Origin: Clostridia bacterium | Lineage (GTDB): Bacteria > Bacillota > Clostridia > UMGS1840 | Length of the DNA: 64,000 nt | NCBI GenBank assembly: GCA_045661305.1 | Contig: JAZRFJ010000006.1 | Location: 14,375 to 78,374, forward strand | Direction: 5' to 3' | Part shown: one piece after another, positions 53,452 through 61,100 of the stretch | Numbering within the stretch: position 1 is the stretch's first letter | Layout: each line of letters begins with the position of its first letter | The notes under the pieces: generated by a model | Seen by the model: only the letters and a program-made list of their open reading frames with translations | Databases searched by the model: none | Told to the model about the DNA's origin: nothing | Program-made: the position numbers and the translations under genes

Positions 53452-53892
53452 ATGAAAATCAATGATTTATCACCTGCAGCAGGAAGCACAAAAAAACGCT
53501 ACAGAAAAGGTAGAGGTCATGCTTCCGGTAACGGAAAACAGGCAGGTAAGGGACATAAAGGTCAGAAAGCCAGATCAGGCGGCGGTGTAAGACCGGGCTT
53601 TGAAGGCGGACAGATGCCTTTGGCAAGAAGACTTCCTAAAAGAGGTTTCAAAAACCACTTCAGCAAAAAATATACAGAAATCACAATCGCAGATCTTGAA
53701 AGATTTGAAAACGGAACAGAAGTTACAGCAGAACTTCTTCTCGAAACAGGTGTGATTTCAAAAGTAAATGACGGAATAGTAGTTTTAAACAGAGGAGAAT
53801 TAACCAAGAAGCTTACCGTAAAAGCTGCAAGATTTACAAAATCAGCTGCTGAAAAGATTAATGCTTTAGGCGGAAAGACAGAGGTGATCTAA
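53452..53892 (+). CDS. rplO: 50S ribosomal protein L15
   Basis: [13 protein letters not shown]...[40 protein letters not shown]. Confidence 0.98.
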   Translation: MKINDLSPAAGSTKKRYRKGRGHASGNGKQAGKGHKGQKARSGGGVRPGFEGGQMPLARRLPKRGFKNHFSKKYTEITIADLERFENGTEVTAELLLETGVISKVNDGIVVLNRGELTKKLTVKAARFTKSAAEKINALGGKTEVI

Positions 53893-53893
53893 T

Positions 53894-55144
53894 ATGTTAC
53901 GCATATTAAAAGACGCATGGAAGATTCCTGATTTAAGAAAGAAAATCTTATATACAGTTCTTCTTTTGGTTGTTTTCAGATTTGGCGCACATATTCCGGT
54001 TCCTTTTGTAAACAGAGAGTTGTTGGAAACAATTTTCGGTGGAAACAATTCTTCATTGTTCGGTCTTGCAAACATCGTTTCAGGCCGTGCATTGCAGAAT
54101 GCGACAATATTCGCAATGAGTATTACACCATATATCAACTCATCAATTATTATGCAGCTTCTTACAGTTGCTATCCCTGCTTTGGAAAGAATTTCTAAAG
54201 AAGGCGAAGAAGGAAGAAAAGTTATTGCAAGATGGACTCGTTATGTAACAGTTATCCTTGCATTCGTTCAGGCAACAGGCTTATGGCTTACAGTTGCAGC
54301 ACAGAAGAATGTGCTTACTTTCTTCGTTGTTGTTCTTTCGTTCACAGCAGGTACTGCATTTCTTATGTGGCTTGCTGAGCAGATTAACGAAAAAGGCGTT
54401 GGTAACGGTATTTCCCTTATCATCTTCGCTGGTATCCTTTCAGGACTTCCAAGCGGAATACGCGCACTTGTTGGTAACAGCAAGAACTGGTTTATGCTCA
54501 TTGTAGTTGCTGTAATAGCAGTTTTAATTATAGGTCTTATCGTATTCTTCGATAATTCCGAAAGAAGAATTCCGGTACAGTATGCAAAGATTACACGCGG
54601 AAGAAAAATGTATGGCGGACAAAGCACAAACATCCCGATTAAAATCATGATGTCAGGTGTTATGCCTATTATCTTCGCTGTTTCTTTGATGGCATTCCCT
54701 GCAACACTCGGACAGATGTTCGGTAAGGACGCTGCTTCCGGCGGTGTATGGGGCGGAATTATTTCCTGGTTCTCACCGGGACATCCGTTCTATTCAATAT
54801 TGTACTTTTTGCTTATCATAGCATTCACATTCTTCTATACAGAAATTCAGTTCAATCCGATTGAAGTTTCAAACAATATCAAGAACAACGGCGGATTTGT
54901 TCCGGGCTTAAGACCTGGTAAACCAACAAGCGAGTTTATTGCAAAGGTTCTTCACAGAATCACATGGGTAGGCGCTTTCGTTATCGCAATGATTGCTATT
55001 CTTCCTACATTCTTTACAAGAATCAATCCTGCATTCTCATTTGGCGGAACATCAATCCTTATTGTAATTGGTGTTGCACTTGAAACAGTAAGACAGATTG
55101 AATCTCAGATGCTTATGAGACACTATAAAGGTTTTCTTGATTAA
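53894..55144 (+). CDS. secY: Preprotein translocase subunit SecY
   Basis: 416 aa with 10 TM segments; DLRKKILYT, FAMSITPYI, GNGISLIIFAGI. Confidence 0.98.
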   Translation: MLRILKDAWKIPDLRKKILYTVLLLVVFRFGAHIPVPFVNRELLETIFGGNNSSLFGLANIVSGRALQNATIFAMSITPYINSSIIMQLLTVAIPALERISKEGEEGRKVIARWTRYVTVILAFVQATGLWLTVAAQKNVLTFFVVVLSFTAGTAFLMWLAEQINEKGVGNGISLIIFAGILSGLPSGIRALVGNSKNWFMLIVVAVIAVLIIGLIVFFDNSERRIPVQYAKITRGRKMYGGQSTNIPIKIMMSGVMPIIFAVSLMAFPATLGQMFGKDAASGGVWGGIISWFSPGHPFYSILYFLLIIAFTFFYTEIQFNPIEVSNNIKNNGGFVPGLRPGKPTSEFIAKVLHRITWVGAFVIAMIAILPTFFTRINPAFSFGGTSILIVIGVALETVRQIESQMLMRHYKGFLD

Positions 55145-55224
55145 TAAGAGTAAGAACCGTTTTGGTGAAATACCTTCGGGGCGGTCGGAAGATTGCCCCG
55201 TGAAATAAGAAAGGTACGGCGAAA

Positions 55225-55863
55225 ATGATTTTAACAATATTGGGAGCACCGGGTGCCGGTAAAGGTACTATGGCAAAAGAATTATCCGAAGCTCTTAAAA
55301 TTCCTACTATCTCGACAGGTGCATTGCTCAGAACTGAAATTTCGAGTGGAAGCAAGCGTGGAGAAATGATTGACGCACTTATATCAAAAGGAAATTTTGT
55401 TCCCGATGAGGTAATTGTTGAAATTTTGCTTGACCGTCTTAAAAATGATGACTGCAAAAACGGTTACATTTTAGATGGCTTTCCTCGTAATATTGAGCAG
55501 GCAACTCACCTTGCGGATTACGGAATAAAGCTGGATGCAGCTTTGCTAATCGAGGTTTCTGAAAAAGAAATAATCGAAAGACTTACGGGAAGAAGAGAAT
55601 GTGAAAAATGCAGAGCAACTTATCACATAAAGTCAAACCCGCCAAAATATGCAGGAATGTGCGATGTTTGTGGCGGAAAGCTTGGAAGACGCTCTGATGA
55701 CCGTAAGGATATAATCTTAAACAGAATTTCGATATATAAAAAGGAAACCGAGCCACTAATTTCTTTCTTTAAAGAAAGAGACCTTCTTATTGAAGTAAGA
55801 GGCGAAAAAACAGTGGCGGAAACTAAAAAAAGTGTATTTACAGCACTTGGTGTAAATGTATGA
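55225..55863 (+). CDS. adk: Adenylate kinase (Zn-lid type)
   Basis: GAPGAGKGT, and a lid with CEKC...CDVCG. It overlaps map by ATGA. Confidence 0.97.
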   Translation: MILTILGAPGAGKGTMAKELSEALKIPTISTGALLRTEISSGSKRGEMIDALISKGNFVPDEVIVEILLDRLKNDDCKNGYILDGFPRNIEQATHLADYGIKLDAALLIEVSEKEIIERLTGRRECEKCRATYHIKSNPPKYAGMCDVCGGKLGRRSDDRKDIILNRISIYKKETEPLISFFKERDLLIEVRGEKTVAETKKSVFTALGVNV

Positions 55864-56612
55864 TATATATTAAAAACAAAGAAGAAATTCTTCTTATGAA
55901 GAAAGCCGGTCAGATAACTAAGGGTGCGCTCACAAAGGCGCTTGAGGCTGTCAAACCGGGAGTTACAACTTTACAGCTTGATAAGATTGCAGCAGAATTT
56001 ATTTCAAAATGCGGAGCTACTGCTTCATTCTATAAATATAACGGCTTCCCAAAGCACATTTGTGTATCTGTGAATAACGAGGTTGTTCACGGTATCCCCT
56101 CAAATAACAGGGTAATTCAGGAAGGCGATATTGTAAGTATAGACTGCGGTGCTTGTTATAAAGGTTATCATGGCGACTGTGCTGATACGGTGATAGTCGG
56201 AAATGTTTCGGACGAGATAAGAAAACTCGTTGAGGTAACAAGGGAAAGCTTTTATATCGGTATCAAAAATGCAGTAGACGGCAATCGTGTAGGCGACATT
56301 TCCGAAGCAATTCAAAGCTATGTGGAAAAAAACGGCTTTTCGATTGTCCGAGACCTTGAAGGTCACGGCATAGGAGCAAATCTTCACGAAGGTCCCTCAG
56401 TTCCGAACTTCGGGACAAAAGGAAAAGGTGCAAGACTTGTTTCAAATATGACGATAGCTGTTGAGCCTATGGTTAATATAGGCACATACAGAGTTGACTG
56501 TGATGAAAAAAACGGCTGGACTATCCGAACAGTTGACGGTAAATATTCTGCACATTATGAAAATACAATTCTTATCACTAAGGAAGAACCTATAATTCTG
56601 ACAACGCTTTAA
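55860..56612 (+). CDS. map: Type I methionine aminopeptidase
   Basis: 250 aa; VHGIP, DCGA..KGYHGD, GHGIG..LHE, EPM, HYEN. Confidence 0.97.
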   Translation: MIYIKNKEEILLMKKAGQITKGALTKALEAVKPGVTTLQLDKIAAEFISKCGATASFYKYNGFPKHICVSVNNEVVHGIPSNNRVIQEGDIVSIDCGACYKGYHGDCADTVIVGNVSDEIRKLVEVTRESFYIGIKNAVDGNRVGDISEAIQSYVEKNGFSIVRDLEGHGIGANLHEGPSVPNFGTKGKGARLVSNMTIAVEPMVNIGTYRVDCDEKNGWTIRTVDGKYSAHYENTILITKEEPIILTTL

Positions 56613-56625
56613 GGAGGCAGACTGA

Positions 56626-56910
56626 ATGTATAAAATCGGAGATTTGGTTATATCAAAAAGCGGACGCGATAAAGACAGAGCCTTTATGGTTGTCGGAATA
56701 ATAGATGAGGCTTATGTTTATATTGCAGACGGCTCTTTAAGAAAGCTTGAAAATCCTAAAAAGAAAAAGATAAAGCATCTTGAATTTTCCGGTCATGCAA
56801 GTGAGCGTATAGCACTTAAACTGAGTGAAGATGAAAAAATAACAAACTCTGAGCTCAGAAAAATGTTAAAGGATAAGGCTGAAGCTTTGTCCGAAGATGC
56901 AGATAAATAA
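56626..56910 (+). CDS. KOW-domain small RNA-binding protein (L14e-like), conserved between map and infA in Clostridia
   Basis: MYKIGDLVISKSGRDKDRAFMVVG is a KOW motif. The gene has an RBS (AAGGAGG), and its position is conserved as far as I recall. Confidence 0.7.
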   Translation: MYKIGDLVISKSGRDKDRAFMVVGIIDEAYVYIADGSLRKLENPKKKKIKHLEFSGHASERIALKLSEDEKITNSELRKMLKDKAEALSEDADK

Positions 56911-56943
56911 AGTGATAACGCAATAAACACGGAGGGAAAAAGT

Positions 56944-57162
56944 ATGGCTAAAGATGATGTACTTGAGTTAGAGGGTACAGTGCTTGAAGCTTTGCCAAAT
57001 GCGATGTTCATAGTTGAACTCGAAAACGGCCATAAGATTACAGCACATATATCAGGTAAACTCAGAATGCATTATATTCGTATTTTGCCTGGTGATAAGG
57101 TAACACTTGAAATGTCACCTTACGACCTTACAAAAGGCAGAATAGTATGGAGAGCAAAGTAA
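56944..57162 (+). CDS. infA: Translation initiation factor IF-1
   Basis: [29 protein letters not shown]...[32 protein letters not shown]. Confidence 0.98.
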   Translation: MAKDDVLELEGTVLEALPNAMFIVELENGHKITAHISGKLRMHYIRILPGDKVTLEMSPYDLTKGRIVWRAK

Positions 57163-57232
57163 GCAATTATTAAAATTTAAGCTAAAAAAAGAACAATATA
57201 AAAGTTCACGACAAAGATGGAGGTAAATGAAA

Positions 57233-57346
57233 ATGAAAGTAAGACCATCAGTTAAAAAAATTTGTGAAAAATGTAAAGTTATTCGCAGAAAAGGTAACAT
57301 AATGGTTATTTGCGAAAACCCTAAGCATAAACAGAGACAGGGTTAA
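57233..57346 (+). CDS. rpmJ: 50S ribosomal protein L36 (zinc-binding form)
   Basis: It is not in the ORF track (37 aa). The translation is [37 protein letters not shown]. The RBS GGAGG lies 9 nt upstream. Confidence 0.95.
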   Translation: MKVRPSVKKICEKCKVIRRKGNIMVICENPKHKQRQG

Positions 57347-57572
57347 TCCTAAAATTTAGGGAAATTTTTCTGTATAAAATCAAATTTTTTATGAAAAGGT
57401 GCGGCTGTATAGGATTTTTAAAAAAGTCTTATAAATCTTTTATATAAAACATTTGCTTTTAAAATATAAAAAAAGAAAAACAAAACAAAAAGAATTTTAA
57501 ACACAAGCGGAAAACCGCACAAAACTAATTATTTAAAAACAAACAAAACACACTAGGAGGTGCAAGTTTACT

Positions 57573-57941
57573 ATGGCAAGAATAGCTGGTATCGATTTGC
57601 CAAGAGAAAAAAGAGTTGAAATCGGTTTAACTTATATTTATGGTATCGGTTTGTCCTCTTCAAGAAAGATTTTGGCTGAAACAGGAATTAATCCTGATAC
57701 AAGAGTAAAAGACCTTACAGATGATGAAGTGGCTAAACTCAGAGACAATATTGATAAAAACTTTAAAGTTGAAGGTGATCTTCGCCGTGACATTGCTATG
57801 GATATCAAGCGTTTGATTGAAATCGGCTGTTACAGAGGTCAGAGACACAGAAAAGGTTTACCTTGTCGTGGCCAGAGATCAAAAACAAATGCCAGAACAA
57901 GAAAAGGTCCAAGAAAGACCATGGCTAACAAAAAGAAATAA
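57573..57941 (+). CDS. rpsM: 30S ribosomal protein S13
   Basis: [26 protein letters not shown]... Confidence 0.98.
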   Translation: MARIAGIDLPREKRVEIGLTYIYGIGLSSSRKILAETGINPDTRVKDLTDDEVAKLRDNIDKNFKVEGDLRRDIAMDIKRLIEIGCYRGQRHRKGLPCRGQRSKTNARTRKGPRKTMANKKK

Positions 57942-57985
57942 TTGATCTGTTTTTAAAGTTTCGATGAAAGGAATGATAAATTAAA

Positions 57986-58381
57986 ATGGCTAAAGCGGTT
58001 AAAAAAACAACCAGAAGAAGAAAAGAGAAGAAGCACATAGAAAAAGGAAGCGTGCATATTCAGTCTTCTTTCAATAATACAATAGTTACAATCACAGACA
58101 TGGCAGGAAATGCTTTGTCTTGGGCAAGTGCAGGCGGACTCGGTTTCAGAGGTTCAAAGAAAAATACTCCTTTTGCAGCACAGATGGCTGCAGAAACAGC
58201 AGCAAAAGCTGCTATGGAGCACGGTCTTAAAACTGTTGAAGTTTTCGTTAAAGGTCCGGGTGCAGGAAGAGAAGCTGCAATCAGAGCATTGCAGACAGCA
58301 GGTTTGGAAGTTGTTATGATTAAGGATGTAACTCCTATACCACACAACGGATGCAGACCACCAAAAAGAAGAAGAGTGTAG
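57986..58381 (+). CDS. rpsK: 30S ribosomal protein S11
   Basis: ...[36 protein letters not shown]...[16 protein letters not shown], ending with a TAG stop at 58379-58381. Confidence 0.98.
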   Translation: MAKAVKKTTRRRKEKKHIEKGSVHIQSSFNNTIVTITDMAGNALSWASAGGLGFRGSKKNTPFAAQMAAETAAKAAMEHGLKTVEVFVKGPGAGREAAIRALQTAGLEVVMIKDVTPIPHNGCRPPKRRRV

Positions 58382-58409
58382 TTTTATTAAAATGGAGGTG
58401 TAAGAACAC

Positions 58410-59036
58410 ATGGCAAGATATACAGGTGCTGTATGTCGTTTGTGCAGAAGAGAAAATCAGAAGCTTTTCTTAAAAGGCACAAGATGTTATACAGAAAAAT
58501 GTTCATTCAATAAAAGAGCTTATGCACCGGGTCAGCACGGTCAGGCTAGAAAAAAGGTATCCGAATACGGATTACAGCTTCGTGAAAAACAGAAAACAAG
58601 AAGATATTACGGTGTATTGGAAAGCCAGTTTGCAAGCTATTATGAAATGGCTGTTAAAAAAGAAGGAATCACAGGTGAAAACCTTCTTATCATCTTGGAA
58701 AGCAGACTCGATAATATTGTTTACAGATTAGGTTGGGCAACTTCAAGACCTGAAGCAAGACAGCTTGTAAGACACGGTCATTTTGAAGTAAACGGTGAGA
58801 AGGTAAATATTCCTTCATATCTCGTTAAAGCCGGTGATACAATCGTTATCAAAGACAAGAGCCGTTCAAGTGAAAAAATTAAGGCTATCCTTGATACAAC
58901 AGATTCAAGAGTTGTTCCGGGCTGGTTGTCTGTTGACAAAAATTCTCTCAGTGCAACAGTTGTAAAAATGCCTGCAAGAGAAGATATAGATTTGCCAATC
59001 GAGGAACATCTTATTGTCGAATTATATTCAAAATAA
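58410..59036 (+). CDS. rpsD: 30S ribosomal protein S4 (Zn-finger type N-terminus)
   Basis: [31 protein letters not shown]...; S4 domain [13 protein letters not shown]. Confidence 0.98.
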   Translation: MARYTGAVCRLCRRENQKLFLKGTRCYTEKCSFNKRAYAPGQHGQARKKVSEYGLQLREKQKTRRYYGVLESQFASYYEMAVKKEGITGENLLIILESRLDNIVYRLGWATSRPEARQLVRHGHFEVNGEKVNIPSYLVKAGDTIVIKDKSRSSEKIKAILDTTDSRVVPGWLSVDKNSLSATVVKMPAREDIDLPIEEHLIVELYSK

Positions 59037-59044
59037 TAACATTT

Positions 59045-59083
59045 TGCTTGTCAAAAGTGTTTTCAAAAGCACTTTTGACAGCA
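59045..59083 (+). terminator. Strong hairpin / partial terminator between rpsD and rpoA
   Basis: A ~14-bp stem, TGCTTGTCAAAAGTG / CACTTTTGACAGCA (one bulge). A T5 run follows 8 nt later. Confidence 0.5.
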
Positions 59084-59201
59084 TAAAGATGTTTTTATAT
59101 TTGAAAAAAGAGACCCATAAGATTGTTTGCAAGTAAATCTCACATTACAGTAATTTACGATCATATAGAATACACCCCAAGGGGTGAAGGAGGGTCAAAC
59201 A

Positions 59202-60149
59202 ATGATATCAATCGAAAAACCAAATATCGAATTTTTAGGAGCTTCACCATCTGGTGATTACGCTAAATTTTCATTGTCTCCGTTAAACAGAGGCTACGGC
59301 ACAACACTTGGAAACAGTATGAGAAGAATACTTCTTTCTTCACTTGAAGGTGTAGCACCGACAAGTATCAAGATAGACGGTGTAGTTCATGAGTTTTCAA
59401 CAGTTCCGGGCGTTCAGGAAGATGTTACCGAAATAATTTTAAATGTTAAAAATATTGCGGCAAAACTTCACTGTGAGGGAGCAAAGACAGTTGTTCTTGA
59501 AGCTAACGGCGAATGTGAACTTACAGCGGGCGATATAAAGCCTGATGCTGAAGTAGAGATTATGAATCCTGAACTTCACATTTGCACACTTAACAAGTCA
59601 GCAAAATTCAGAATGGAAATCGTTTTGGATAAGGGAATCGGTTATGTAGCTTCCGAGAATAATAAAAACGCATCACTTCCTGTTGGTGCAATTCCGGTCG
59701 ATTCAATTTATACTCCTGTTAAAAAGGTTAATTCAACCGTAGAAAATGTAAGAGTAGGTAATAAGACCGACCACGATAAGCTCACATTGGAAGTGTGGAC
59801 AAACGGCGTTATGACAGCCGACGAAGCTGTTGGCTGGGCTGCAAAAATAATGACAGAACATCTCGAATTATTTGTAGGCTTATCAGAAGAAGCTAAGAAA
59901 AGCAACATAATGGTTGAAAAAGAAGAAGATTATAAAGAAAAAGTTCTTGAAATGACTATTGAAGATCTTGACCTTTCTGTTCGTTCTTATAACTGTCTTA
60001 AGAGAGCAGGAATTAACAATGTTGAAGATCTTTCAAAGAAAACTCAGGAAGAAATGATTAAGGTTAGAAACCTCGGAAGAAAATCTATGGAAGAGGTTAT
60101 TTCTAAGCTTGAAGCTTTGGGCTTAACACTTGCTGAAGAGGAAGAATAA
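59202..60149 (+). CDS. rpoA: DNA-directed RNA polymerase subunit alpha
   Basis: [13 protein letters not shown]...[18 protein letters not shown]; C-terminal domain [16 protein letters not shown]. The RBS is GAAGGAGGG. The ORF-track start at 59184 is an over-extension. Confidence 0.97.
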   Translation: MISIEKPNIEFLGASPSGDYAKFSLSPLNRGYGTTLGNSMRRILLSSLEGVAPTSIKIDGVVHEFSTVPGVQEDVTEIILNVKNIAAKLHCEGAKTVVLEANGECELTAGDIKPDAEVEIMNPELHICTLNKSAKFRMEIVLDKGIGYVASENNKNASLPVGAIPVDSIYTPVKKVNSTVENVRVGNKTDHDKLTLEVWTNGVMTADEAVGWAAKIMTEHLELFVGLSEEAKKSNIMVEKEEDYKEKVLEMTIEDLDLSVRSYNCLKRAGINNVEDLSKKTQEEMIKVRNLGRKSMEEVISKLEALGLTLAEEEE

Positions 60150-60234
60150 GCGAAGGCTTTTAAAAAAATTCCGAGTTAAATATTTCACTGCAGGGTTTTA
60201 TAAAAACACCTTGCTGTAAAAGGGGGAAATTAAA

Positions 60235-60576
60235 ATGGCTAATAAAAGAAAATTAGGTCGCCCTACCGACCACAGAATGGCTATGCTCAAAAATCTTACA
60301 ACAGCTCTTTTGGAACACGGCAAAATTGAAACAACAGTTGCAAGAGCTAAAGAAACAAGAGCATTAGCTGAAAAAATGATAACTTTGGGAAAAACCAATA
60401 CATTGCATTCAAGAAGACAGGCGCTCTCTTTTATTACAAAAGAAGATGTTGTTACAAAGCTTTTTGAAGAAATCGCTCCAAAATATGCGGACAGAAACGG
60501 TGGTTACACAAGAATTACTAAAACTTTTGAACGCCGCGGCGATGCAGCTTTGATGTCTGTTATTGAATTAGTATAG
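60235..60576 (+). CDS. rplQ: 50S ribosomal protein L17
   Basis: [43 protein letters not shown]. Confidence 0.98.
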   Translation: MANKRKLGRPTDHRMAMLKNLTTALLEHGKIETTVARAKETRALAEKMITLGKTNTLHSRRQALSFITKEDVVTKLFEEIAPKYADRNGGYTRITKTFERRGDAALMSVIELV

Positions 60577-60589
60577 GAGGTAAAAACTC

Positions 60590-60787
60590 ATGAGAGAAGG
60601 AATACATCCAAAGTATGAAAAAACAACAATAACCTGTGCTTGCGGTGCAGTTTATGAAGTTGGCTCAACAAAAGAAAATGTTCGTGTTGAAATCTGTGCA
60701 AAATGTCATCCTTTCTACACAGGAAAACAGAAGCTCGTTGATACAGGCGGACGTGTTGAGAAATTTAAGAAGAAATTCGGTATCTAA
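60590..60787 (+). CDS. rpmE: 50S ribosomal protein L31 (type A, zinc-binding)
   Basis: [48 protein letters not shown]. Confidence 0.97.
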   Translation: MREGIHPKYEKTTITCACGAVYEVGSTKENVRVEICAKCHPFYTGKQKLVDTGGRVEKFKKKFGI

Positions 60788-60818
60788 TTGGTGGCGGCCC
60801 TGTGCGGTCGCCCACTAA
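60788..60818 (+). other. GC-rich hairpin directly after rpmE (3'-end stabiliser or atypical terminator)
   Basis: GTGGCGGCC / GGTCGCCCAC forms ~9 bp with one bulge in an otherwise AT-rich context. No U-tract follows on +. Confidence 0.35.
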
Positions 60819-60957
60819 AAAACTCATAACTTTTTAAAATATGTATCAAATTCATAAAAACTTCATATAAAAGTTATATAATTTGCAAGGTTAAGAACCT
60901 CAAAATTTCTTAAAGGTGTCAGAAACTTTACAACTTTGTTACATATGAAAAAAAGTA

Positions 60958-60986
60958 TTGACAAATGCATTTTATTTTGATAAAAT
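60958..60986 (+). promoter_or_regulatory. Sigma-A promoter (extended -10) of the S-layer protein gene
   Basis: TTGACA (60958-60963), a 17-nt spacer and TGaTAAAAT (-10 at 60981-60986). Confidence 0.7.
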
Positions 60987-60990
60987 GTTA

Positions 60991-61018
60991 GCGTAGAGGT
61001 CGAACTCTACTGCTTTTT
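60991..61018 (+). promoter_or_regulatory. 5'-terminal stem-loop of the S-layer mRNA leader
   Basis: GCGTAGAG / CTCTACTGC (9 bp including one G-U pair) begins within a few nt of the predicted transcription start and is followed by TTTTT. Confidence 0.5.
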
Positions 61019-61100
61019 CTGTATTAATAATACGAAAAAGCATACATAAAATCGTAAAAAAAATATATTATAAAAACATTTTTTAGGAGGAACATCCACT

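Noticed and set aside
60991-61013. T-arm-like hairpin (GTAGAG-GTCGAA-CTCTAC) that might indicate a tRNA.
   Set aside because: There is no acceptor, D or anticodon arm around it. The loop is 6 nt rather than 7 nt. It sits immediately after a promoter, so I interpret it as a 5' mRNA stem-loop.
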